Shown: piece by piece, positions 8,346 through 16,961 of the stretch | Layout of the letters: every line of letters starts with the position of its first letter | Numbering within the stretch: the first letter of the stretch is position 1 | Origin: Candidatus Eiseniibacteriota bacterium | Lineage (GTDB): Bacteria > Eisenbacteria > RBG-16-71-46 > CAZEPH01 | Length of the DNA: 18,101 nt | NCBI GenBank assembly: GCA_044229145.1 | Contig: JBGATO010000075.1 | Location: 1-18,101 of the forward strand | Direction of reading: 5' to 3' | The notes under the pieces: model-generated | Told to the model about the DNA's origin: nothing | The model's database searches: none | Seen by the model: only the letters and a program-made list of their open reading frames with translations | Made by a program: the position numbers and the translations under genes

Positions 8346-11114
8346 ATGCGTACACGACGAGTGCCGCGAGCCGCCTTGCTGGCGGCCGCACTGGCGATCC
8401 TTCCCGGGGCGGCCGTACGGGCCGCCACGGAGACCGGCGATCCGGCTAACCGCTTGAGCTACTCACGGATCGCCTCCACCGCGACGGCGCCCGGCGACGT
8501 CGAGTCTGCCGCCACTGCCTTGCTCGACGGCAATGCCGGCACCGGCATCACGTTGGCCGCCGGTGAGAGCATCACGTTCCGCTTCATCGGCGCGCCGCGC
8601 TGGGTCAGCCACCTGCGCATCGCGGCCGGCGGTGCCGGCGTCCTCGTGCACGGTCTCGACGCCCAGGGGGCGCGTGTCGAGGTGGCGCGGATCGCCGCCG
8701 CGGCGAACGACGCCGCGCGCGACGTCGAGTGTCCGGCGAGCTACCTGACCGAGCTGACGTTCACCGCCGACGGCGGCGCCGTCCGGCTCGCCGACCTGTC
8801 GGCGCGCTTCGTGTCACGCGACCCCGACGACGCGCGGCTCGGCACCGGCGACGAAGGCACGCGCGAATACCACTACGACTACTGCAACGACTATCCCGGC
8901 TCCGCCGACGACCTCACCAACACCGACGACAACGCGCACGACCTGCGCGACAAGCTGCCCTCCGACTGGACCACCTACGGCCACGGCGACAGCAACGCGC
9001 ACGAGGAGCACCTCAAGAACTCTTCGCTCGGCGGCGTCAACAACGACCACATCGACAATGCCGACCTCTCGCTGTGGTGCGGTCACGGCGGCGTCGGCTG
9101 GGACGATCCGGCGACCGGCACCGACCTCGGCTCGATGATCTTCGGCAACACCACCGCCGACGACGACAACTGCGTGCCGAGCGACGCCGCCGACGCCTGG
9201 GGCGACTCCGACATGGAGTGGTTCGACGCCATCTCGTGCCAGACCCTGCGCGAAGTCGGCCAGGACTACTGGGCCGACGCGCTCGCCGGCCAGCACTTGA
9301 TCTGCGGCAGCGAGGATGACATCAACGCCAAGAACTACGGGACGAAGCTCGGCGACTACTACATCGACAACGGCGCCTTCGACAGCGCGAAGTCGATCAA
9401 GCAGGCGTGGTTCGACGCCATCGACGCGCACAACGGCGGGCACGACATCGCCGTGGTGATCGGCGAGAACTCGACCATGGGCAACGACTACCTCTGGGGC
9501 CAGGGATCGACCGCCTCCGACCCGACCGTCGACGGCACCTACTCGTGCTGGGAGTACGACGTCGGCTTGCTCGGTCCGCACCACCAGTCGGCGCCGGTGC
9601 CGGCGCTCACCGACCCGGTTACCCGCCGGGCCGAGCCGGGTCGTGGCTGGACGGTGACGTATGATCGCGCGCTCCTCGGGACGGCCACGCCGTCGCAGAT
9701 GCCGGTGTACAACGTGGTGCCGCGGCTGGTGGACTCGGTCTACGTGCGGATGCTGGCCAATTCGCTGTGCGGCATCGGCATGCCGGTGTGCGGCGGCGAC
9801 ATCGGCCCCGGCAATCCCGGCGACCTCAACCTGATTCAAGGCACCAAGGAGCTGCGCGTGCGCACGCAGTCCGGCGCGTGGCACTACGAGGACGTCGCCA
9901 AGTGGATGGCGTGGCGGAACACGCCGCCGCAGTTGCTGACTGGCGAGGCGGCGATTTCGCAGGCCGAGCAATTCCTGTCGCAGATGGGCCGCCGGCCGAC
10001 TGACGCCGTCGTCGAGGGCGTGCACTACCTGAAGCAGCACGCCTCGCTCAAGGGCGCGGGCGGGCAGACGACCGCCGACCTGCCGGAGTCGACGTTCGCG
10101 ATTGCCTCGCAGGTGCGCTACACGCGGCGCCTCGGGACCACGCCGGTGTTCGGTGCCGGCGCGAGCCTCACCGTGTCGCTGGGCGCGGGCGGCGGACTCG
10201 AGCGCATCTGGCACGGCGGCTGGCGCCAGGTGCAGCCGGGGCAGAACGTCACCGTGCTGCCGCTCGACTCCATGATCGTCGCGCTCACCTCGATGGGCAA
10301 CGCGTCGCTGGTGGACAACATCGCGCGCAAGGTCACCGGCATCCAGATCAACTCGAGCGAACTCGGCTACTACGAGCCGAGCTGCTACGACTCGCCGGCG
10401 AATCTGCGCCCGGTGTGGTGCCTGCACTGCACGCTGTTCGGCCCGGGCGGCGACAGCGACCCCGCCGACTTGCTCCTGTGGGCCGACGCGATGCCGGTCC
10501 GCGCGCACATCCAGTCCTCGGCCGGGCAGCCGGCGGGCGGTCCGGCGAGCATGATGCCGTCGGTGCCGGCCGGTTCGACCGTCAGCTTCACCGGAAGCGC
10601 CGATCACGGCGTGCCGCCGTACACCTTCACGTGGTTCCGCGAGAGCAGCGTGGTCGGCAACGGCCCGACGTACGCCGGCGTGTGCGACTTCCACAACTCG
10701 GGCGACGACGTCGACAGCACCGTGACGGTGCGGTTGCAGGTCAAGGACGCGCTCGGCGACATCGGCTACGCGCTCTACAGCCTCCGTTTGAACGCGGTGA
10801 CCGGCGTCGCCTCTCCGGAGTGGGCCGCGGCGCGCGGCTTGACGCTCGACGCGCCGAGCACCATGCGCGGAACCGCCGGCGTGCAGTTCACCGTGGGATC
10901 GCGCGGCGTGGAGGCGCCGGTCACGTTGCGCCTCGTCGACGCGGCGGGACGCGTGGTGCGCACGTTCGACGCCAGTGGCGCGCGCGGCGGGATCGCCAGC
11001 GTGTCGTGGGATGGCCGCGACACCGCGGGGCATCCGGTGGCAGCGGGCACCTACATGCTGCGCGCTGCGGCCGGCGAGGTCGTCACGGCTCGCAAGCTGA
11101 CGGTCGTGCGGTAG
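8346..11114 (+). CDS. Large secreted multidomain protein (922 aa): discoidin-like domain, DUF6345-like His-Cys domain, PepSY/YcdB-like region, PKD-like domain, FlgD-Ig/T9SS-like C-terminal domain
   Basis: True start ATG 8346 after GGAG; signal peptide MRTRR...AVRA. Motifs DNADLSLWCGHGG, WGDSDMEWFDAISCQTL, GSTVSFTGSADHGVPPYTFTW, and C-terminal LVDAAGRVVRT..WDGRDTAGHPVAAGTY..RKLTVVR. Confidence 0.85.
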   Translation: MRTRRVPRAALLAAALAILPGAAVRAATETGDPANRLSYSRIASTATAPGDVESAATALLDGNAGTGITLAAGESITFRFIGAPRWVSHLRIAAGGAGVLVHGLDAQGARVEVARIAAAANDAARDVECPASYLTELTFTADGGAVRLADLSARFVSRDPDDARLGTGDEGTREYHYDYCNDYPGSADDLTNTDDNAHDLRDKLPSDWTTYGHGDSNAHEEHLKNSSLGGVNNDHIDNADLSLWCGHGGVGWDDPATGTDLGSMIFGNTTADDDNCVPSDAADAWGDSDMEWFDAISCQTLREVGQDYWADALAGQHLICGSEDDINAKNYGTKLGDYYIDNGAFDSAKSIKQAWFDAIDAHNGGHDIAVVIGENSTMGNDYLWGQGSTASDPTVDGTYSCWEYDVGLLGPHHQSAPVPALTDPVTRRAEPGRGWTVTYDRALLGTATPSQMPVYNVVPRLVDSVYVRMLANSLCGIGMPVCGGDIGPGNPGDLNLIQGTKELRVRTQSGAWHYEDVAKWMAWRNTPPQLLTGEAAISQAEQFLSQMGRRPTDAVVEGVHYLKQHASLKGAGGQTTADLPESTFAIASQVRYTRRLGTTPVFGAGASLTVSLGAGGGLERIWHGGWRQVQPGQNVTVLPLDSMIVALTSMGNASLVDNIARKVTGIQINSSELGYYEPSCYDSPANLRPVWCLHCTLFGPGGDSDPADLLLWADAMPVRAHIQSSAGQPAGGPASMMPSVPAGSTVSFTGSADHGVPPYTFTWFRESSVVGNGPTYAGVCDFHNSGDDVDSTVTVRLQVKDALGDIGYALYSLRLNAVTGVASPEWAAARGLTLDAPSTMRGTAGVQFTVGSRGVEAPVTLRLVDAAGRVVRTFDASGARGGIASVSWDGRDTAGHPVAAGTYMLRAAAGEVVTARKLTVVR

Positions 11115-11150
11115 CGGTCTCGCGGATGGTTCGGCGTTCGTGAGACGGCG

Positions 11151-11181
11151 ACGGGGCGGAGGCACCTGGCCTCCGCCCCGT
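11151..11181. terminator. Hairpin between convergent genes (probable bidirectional terminator)
   Basis: Perfect 13-bp inverted repeat ACGGGGCGGAGGC / GCCTCCGCCCCGT with a 5-nt loop; weak T tract on the + strand. Confidence 0.7.
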
Positions 11182-11201
11182 TCGTTGTCGGTGCGACGTG
11201 C

Positions 11202-12371
11202 TCAGCCGCGCAGCGCGGAGAGGAAGCTCGTCCCGTTCCCGGTGCCGGTGACGCCGAACGCCTCGGCGATGGTGGCGCCGACGTCGGCGAAGCTGGCGCG
11301 GTCGCCGATCGGCGCGCCGCTGCCGCCCGGCGTCCAGGCGACCAGCGGGACGTACTCGCGCGTGTGGTCGGTCGAGACGTCCGTCGGGTCGTTGCCGTGG
11401 TCGCCGGTGATGAGCAGCAGGTCGCCCGGCCGCAGCTGCGCGGTGAGGGACGGCAGTGCCTCGTCGAAGTCGGCCATCGCCTGGACGAAGCCGTGCGAGT
11501 CGTTGCGGTGGCCCCACAGCGTGTCGAAGTCGACGAGGTTGATGAACATCAGGCCGTTGTCGAGCGCGGGCAGATGTTCGAGCGCGTTCTTCATCGCCTC
11601 GGCGTTCGACTCGCAGTGGAACGACTTGGTGAGGCCTTGATGCGCGAATAGGTCGTCGATCTTGCCGACCGCCCACACCTCGATGCCGTGGCCCTTCAGG
11701 ATGTCGAGGATCGTCGGGGCGATGGGCAGCACGCTGTAGTCGCGGCGCGCGTCGACGTCGCGCTTGTAGGCGCCGCTGGTGCCGGCGAAGGGTCGCGCGA
11801 TGACGCGGCCGACGCGGTGTTCGCCCTGCAGTTGCTCGCGGGCGATCTCGCAGATGCGGTACTGCTCGGCGAGCGGGATGACGTCCTGGTGCATGGCGAT
11901 CTGGAAGACGCTGTCGGCGCTGGTGTAGACGATCGGCGAGCCGGTGCGCACGTGCTCGTCGCCGAGCGTTTGGATGATCTCGGTGCCGCTGGCGGCGACG
12001 TTGCCGAGCGAGCCGCGGCCGATGGCATCGTGGAAGCGCTGCAGGACGTCCGGCGGGAAGCCGTTCGGGTAGGTCGGGAACGGCGTGTCGAGGACGACGC
12101 CGGCGAGCTCCCAGTGGCCGGTGACGCTGTCCTTGCCGGGCGAACGCTCGCCGAGGCGGCCGTAGACGCCGTCGAGCCGCGTGTGGGCGCCGGTGACGCC
12201 GGGCATGCGGGTGAGTTCGCCGAGGCCCAGGTTGGCGAGGTGCGGCAGCGCCATCGGGCCGTACTGCCGCGCGAGGTTGCCAAGGGTGTCGGAGCCGACG
12301 TCGCCGTAGGCTGCGGCGTCCGGCAGTTCGCCGACGCCGACGCCGTCACAGACGATGAGAACGATGCGCAT
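11202..12371 (-). CDS. deoB: Phosphopentomutase
   Basis: IVCDGVGVGELPDA, GKDSVTGHWE, YTSADSVFQIA, RVIARPF, DFDTLWGHRND, GDHGNDPT, DHTREYVP. Confidence 0.97.
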   Translation of the reverse strand: MRIVLIVCDGVGVGELPDAAAYGDVGSDTLGNLARQYGPMALPHLANLGLGELTRMPGVTGAHTRLDGVYGRLGERSPGKDSVTGHWELAGVVLDTPFPTYPNGFPPDVLQRFHDAIGRGSLGNVAASGTEIIQTLGDEHVRTGSPIVYTSADSVFQIAMHQDVIPLAEQYRICEIAREQLQGEHRVGRVIARPFAGTSGAYKRDVDARRDYSVLPIAPTILDILKGHGIEVWAVGKIDDLFAHQGLTKSFHCESNAEAMKNALEHLPALDNGLMFINLVDFDTLWGHRNDSHGFVQAMADFDEALPSLTAQLRPGDLLLITGDHGNDPTDVSTDHTREYVPLVAWTPGGSGAPIGDRASFADVGATIAEAFGVTGTGNGTSFLSALRG

Positions 12372-12435
12372 GGAGTGTGAAAACCTCTACCGTGGATGCG
12401 GCGGGCGCCGCGTGTCGAGCCAACGTGGTCGCCCG

Positions 12436-12447
12436 GACCTTAGCAAA
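12436..12447 (-). promoter_or_regulatory. Extended -10 promoter motif upstream of deoB
   Basis: TTTGCTAAGGTC (TG-n-TAAGGT); an identical copy lies upstream of alr. Confidence 0.55.
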
Positions 12448-12463
12448 CCGCAGCGGCGCGACG

Positions 12464-13067
12464 CTAGCGCGCCGTGGCGAGGGCGCGGGTCAGCGCGGCG
12501 GCTGGCGCATGGTCGCCGAGACTCTGCTCGGCGTGGACGTACGACGCGTCCGCCGCGCGCCACCACGACGGCGCCGCCGAGTTGCAGCCCATCGCCCTGG
12601 ACGCCGATCTGCGTGAAGCCGCGGCGCTTCATCTGGACGGCCTGCCAGATGCTGCGCGGGCCGAGGGTGCGCCACCATTGGCGCTTGAGGCCGGCGGCGG
12701 TGTAGGTGGCGCGCGTGGTGTCACTCAGCACCCATGCGCCAGCGGTGCGGAGCTGGAACTCGTCGTCGAACGCGCGGGCGAAGTGCGGCGCGCCATTGCC
12801 GATCACCACGACGCGCGCGCCGGTCTGCGTCCACTCGGCGATGTGCGGCCGGTACCCGGCCACGGCCTCACGGCAGGCGATTCAGCCGTAGTGGCGCAGG
12901 AACAACAACACCGCGGGACGATCGCGCCAGGCGTCGCCGAGGACGCGCGTCGCGCCGTCGGGATCCACGAGTTGCGCGGTGGCGAACGACGGCGGCACCG
13001 GAGCGCCGACGTCGACACGTGGCGTGGCGGCCGCCGCGACGGCGGCGAAGGCGAGTGCGCCGATCAT
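12464..13067 (-). CDS. Peroxiredoxin-like (AhpC/TSA, PRXL2/SelL/SelU-like) selenoprotein with UxxC motif; apparent frameshift at ~12542
   Basis: ATG 13067 overlaps the alr stop (ATGA). Reads LLFLRHYG-TGA-IACREAVAG in frame, followed by VVVIGNG and GDGLQLGGAVVV. The family-like end YVHAEQSLGDHAP...TAR* is in another frame and stops at 12464. Confidence 0.85.
12843..12863 (-). promoter_or_regulatory. Putative bacterial SECIS hairpin
   Basis: GTGGCCGGGTACCGGCCGCAC begins 18 nt after the in-frame UGA. Stem GGCCG/CGGCC with a G-initiated apical loop about 25 nt from the UGA. Confidence 0.65.
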
Positions 13068-14218
13068 AGATCCCCCACCAGCGTGGTGATCCGCATCGGC
13101 ACATGATTGCGCAGATAGACGCGCGGCACACGCTTGCCGATCGAGATCATCACGTCGTAGCTGAGCGTCTCCGAGTCGCGCGCGACGTCCTCGAGGCTGA
13201 GGCGCGCGTCGCCTTGTGAGCCGAACAGCACGACTTCGTCGCCGACTTCGACGCCATCGACATCGGTGACGTCGAGCATGCTCATGTCCATCGTCACGCG
13301 CCCGACGATCGGCGCCTTGACGCCGCGCACCAGCACGTGGCCGCGGTTCGACAACTTCACGCTCAAGCCGTGGCCGTAGCCGGCGGGAATCACGGCGATG
13401 CGCGACGGACGTTCGACGGTAAACGTGCGGTCGTAGGAGACGGTGCGACCAGGCTCCATGTCCTTGAGCAGGACGATGCGCGATTTGAGCGCCATCACCG
13501 GCCGCAAGTGTTCGGCGATGCCGATGCCGGTGTGCGTGTGGCCATACATCATGAGGCCGGGGCGCACCATGTCGAATCGCGCGTCGGGGACGCTGAGCAT
13601 GCCGGCGGTGTTGGCGGCGTGCGCGATCGGCAGCGCGATGCCGTCGGCGCGCAGCGTCCGAACGAGGGCGAGGAAGTGCGCGGTCTGCTGTTCGGCGAAC
13701 GCCGTGTGGCCGGGCGCGGCGTCGGGAAAGTGCGTGAAGATGCCTTCGATCTCGACCGCGGGCAAAGCGGCGGCAGCGCGCACCAGCGCCGCGGCGTCGG
13801 CTTCGTTCACGCCGCTGCGGCCCATGCCGGTGTCGACTTCGACGTGGACGATCGCGGTGACGCCGCGCGACGCGGCGCGCGCCGACAAGGCCTGCGCGTA
13901 GTCGAGCGACGACACCGTCGGCCGCAGCGTGTGCGCGAGGATGTCGTCGATTTCGGCGGGCAGCGTCGGGCTCAAGATCAGGATCGGCGCGTCGAGGCCG
14001 GCGCGGCGCAGCTCGATGCCCTCGTGCACGGTGGCGACACCGAGGAACTCGACGCCAGCGGCCGCGGCGACACGCGCGACTTGCGGTGCGCCGTGCCCAT
14101 AGCCGTCCGCCTTCACGACGAGACAGATGCGGCGGTCCGCGCCGATGCGGCGGCGGACTTCGGCGATGTTGTTGTCGAGAGCGTCGAGGTCGACTTCGAC
14201 CCAGGTCGGGAATTGCAC
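13064..14218 (-). CDS. alr: Alanine racemase
   Basis: WVEVDLDAL, VVKADGYGHG (PLP Lys), VDTGMGRSG, MVRPGL, VSYD (catalytic Tyr), GRVTMD; GGAG RBS before the GTG start. Confidence 0.96.
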   Translation of the reverse strand: MQFPTWVEVDLDALDNNIAEVRRRIGADRRICLVVKADGYGHGAPQVARVAAAAGVEFLGVATVHEGIELRRAGLDAPILILSPTLPAEIDDILAHTLRPTVSSLDYAQALSARAASRGVTAIVHVEVDTGMGRSGVNEADAAALVRAAAALPAVEIEGIFTHFPDAAPGHTAFAEQQTAHFLALVRTLRADGIALPIAHAANTAGMLSVPDARFDMVRPGLMMYGHTHTGIGIAEHLRPVMALKSRIVLLKDMEPGRTVSYDRTFTVERPSRIAVIPAGYGHGLSVKLSNRGHVLVRGVKAPIVGRVTMDMSMLDVTDVDGVEVGDEVVLFGSQGDARLSLEDVARDSETLSYDVMISIGKRVPRVYLRNHVPMRITTLVGDL

Positions 14219-14263
14219 GCAAGGCTCCAGGTGGCGTGCAGCGCCGTGCCGGCGCCGCGCGGC

Positions 14264-14275
14264 GACCTTAGCAAA
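14264..14275 (-). promoter_or_regulatory. Extended -10 promoter motif upstream of alr
   Basis: TTTGCTAAGGTC, identical to 12436-12447. Confidence 0.55.
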
Positions 14276-14307
14276 GCCGCGCGGGGGCGGCTACGACCGA
14301 TGCCGCG

Positions 14308-16741
14308 CTAGCGGCGCGCGGCGAGCGCCGGCTCGGGCGCCCACGCGCCGGCGGCCGGCCACGGGGCGGGCGACAACTGCGCGCCCAACATCGCCCCGTA
14401 CTCCTGCTCGAGGGTGAGTGCGGCGGTGGTCCAACTCGCGGCCTCGGCAGCGCGGCGCGCGCTGGCGCGCATCGCGTCGTGGCGTTCGCGGTTCGACAAC
14501 AGAGACCAGGCGGCTTGGGCGAAAGCGTGCGCGTCGCCGGCGGGACAAACGAGGCCGGTGTCGCCGTGGGCGACGGTTTCCGGCGGGCCGCCCCGTGCTC
14601 CACCGGCGGCCGCTGGCGAGCACTTCGAGGACGACGAGGCCGAAGGTGTCGGTGGTGCTCGAGGACAAGGAACAGCTCGCTGGAATGAGCGAAGCGGCGA
14701 GTTCGTCGCCACCGAAACCCTGGTGAACAGCACGTCGTCGCCGGCGTAGCGTTGATGAGCGCAAGGACGAAGAGCCGTCGCCGACCCTGCAGGTGATGAG
14801 ATCGGCCACGCAGCTCGCGCCGCGCCGAACAACGCGTCAGGCCTTCTATCAACCGACGCGGCCGACGTAGACGATCACCGCGGTCGCGGTGCAGGCCGCG
14901 CGAGCGCCAGAACGCGGCGGCGGCGAAGGCGTGGCGACTACCGCAGTATTGACGCCTTCAGGAACAACCCGAGCCGCGCGTCAGGCACTGATAGCGTAAT
15001 CGCACGCTGTTACAGCATGCCCGCGCTCGCCTCCTCCGCCGTACGGCGCATCTTCGATGAACTCGCCGGTGAGCACGCCGTTCCCGGCCAGCCGCGCCAT
15101 GCGGCGCTCGGTGCTGACCGAGCACCGAAAACCGCAGCAGGCCGCTGCGCGTGAAGGCGATGGTGCCGAGCGGGCCCGGCGTCGCCAGGTGCACGAGGTC
15201 GATGCGGCGGCGGCGCAGCAGTTCGAAGACGCCAGGCGCTGAGGACGCGCAGGACGTACTCTCCATGCAGCGCCAGCGTTTCGGTGAGCGCTGGCCGCCG
15301 TGTCCTTGCGATGCCGCGAGTCGTGCGCGAGCGCGGTGACCTCGAGCACGTCGAGGCCGGTCACGGCGAAGGCGCGCGAGAGGTTCACGTAGGTGATGCT
15401 GACGCCGTCCTGGTGATCGGCGGCGTCGAGGATGACGGCGACGCGCGGGCGGCGCGGCGGCGTGCCGTGCGCGTGCGCCGGCGTGGTGGGCGGTGCGCAC
15501 GCCTCGCAGCTGCGCGCACGCCTCGCCTTCCTGCGCGAGTTCGCGTGCCGCGAGCACCATGGGCGCCTCGAGCGCGACGTGCGCCAGCGCGCTGCCGACC
15601 GCGCGGCGCGTGGCGCCCAGGCGTCCGCCGCGCAGCGCCGCGCTGACGCGGGCGCGCAGGCGGTCGGCATGCGCGTGCGCGCCGAGCCACTGGTCCGCGT
15701 CGACGCGCTGCTGGTGTGCGCCGCCAGTTCGTTGACCGCGCCCACCGCGTCGATAAAGCGGACGCCGTGCACGTCGCCTTCAGCAGGTCGATGGCGGTGC
15801 GCGCGATGAGGCGGCTGTCGAACTGCGCGGCGACGACGTCCTCGGCGTAGCGCGCCAGCTCCTCGCCCCCGCATGCGGCGACGCCCGGCCACCGGCTCAC
15901 TTTCGAGACGCTCGCCGAGACGTTCGCGGGCAGCACGTGGCGGCGAGGAGCCGCAGCTCGTGCAGCCACGCGGCGTAGGCCGATGCGCGCGGAGATTTGG
16001 CGCGCGCGTGCGCTCCGGCGGCGCGGACGCGTCCGGCGCGCAGGTGCGCGAGGAATTCGTCGACGCTGGAAGCGGGTGGCGTCAGCGTGTAAACTCGCGC
16101 GACCTCCGCGAGCGTGTACGCGCCGGAGACGCCGATGCCGGGCACGCTCACCGGCGTCGGACGCTCGCCCTGCGCGGCGTCCGGCAGGCTGGCGAGCGCG
16201 AGCGCCGCGGCCGCATCGTTGGCAGCGGCGGAGCGCCAGCCGCTGCGCGTCTGCCACAGCGGGAACAGCGCGGCTTGACGGCGCGCGATCGCCGGCGCGC
16301 GAGCGGCGCGGCAAGCAGCGCCTCGAGCGGATCGGCGAGGACGGTGACCCAGCGGCGCGTTCCGGCGCGGGCGCGCAGCGCGGCGGCATCATCGCCGGCG
16401 GCGGTGAGGGCGCGGTGGTCGGCGTCGTCGTGGAGGCCGAGGACGAGGACGGTCCACTCGACGCCGCCGGTTGGATCGCGCACCACGACCTCTTCGCCCA
16501 GGATGACGTCGCCGTAGTGGCGCAGCGACAGCGCGCCGTCGAGCGTGCCGCGGTCGGTGATGGCGACGAAGCTCATCCCGCGGCGGCGGGCCGCCTCGTA
16601 GGCTTCTTCCGGGTCGACGACGGAGACCAGGCGCGGGGTACCAGGCGCGTCAGAGGCGGCGACGGGAGACGAATAGCGGGTGTGCAGGTGCAGATCGGCG
16701 CACGCTGCATCGCCGGCAGGGCCGGCCGCGGATCGCGTCAC
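14308..16741 (-). pseudogene. PHP-domain + GT4 glycosyltransferase fusion with multiple frameshifts (pseudogene or sequencing errors)
   Basis: Colinear motifs in different frames: ADLHLHTRYS, RRRGMSFVAITD, ILGEEV; ARVYTLTPPASSVDEFLAHLRAG; RVAVILD..DGVSIT; IDLVHLATPGPLG; VIVYVGRV; STTDTFGLVVLEVLASG; ETVAHGDTGLVC. AGGAG RBS before GTG 16741. Confidence 0.8.
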
Positions 16742-16832
16742 CCGGAGTCTCCTAAGAGGGTTCAGAGGCCAAACGGCCGCGCGATGTCCGGGCGGGCCGC
16801 CGGCGGCGGGGTCGGCCCCGTCGCAGCCGCTG

Positions 16833-16862
16833 GTGATACCAGGAGCCGGGCCGGGGTGTCAA
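16833..16862 (-). promoter_or_regulatory. Promoter for the PHP-GT4 gene
   Basis: TTGACA-N18 (ending TGG)-TATCAC on the minus strand. Confidence 0.55.
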
Positions 16863-16882
16863 CGCGAGGCGGTCCGGGCGGC

Positions 16883-16912
16883 TTGACGGCGGGGCGGATC
16901 GCTCACTAGGGT
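16883..16912 (+). promoter_or_regulatory. mazG promoter
   Basis: TTGACG-N18-TAGGGT; the same -10 hexamer as the tyrS promoter. Confidence 0.6.
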
Positions 16913-16961
16913 CGCCGGCTCGCGGGGCGCCCGGCCTCGCGCTGGCCCGGAGCCGCCGACC

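Noticed and set aside
12387..12863. 158-aa ORF as a stand-alone gene
   Set aside because: It is the post-UGA part of the selenoprotein, its GTG lies inside the SECIS-like hairpin, and its tail is out of frame.
12882..14222. 446-aa minus-strand ORF
   Set aside because: It is an alternative frame of alr. Only its last 61 codons (from ATG 13067) are real, as the N-terminus of the selenoprotein.
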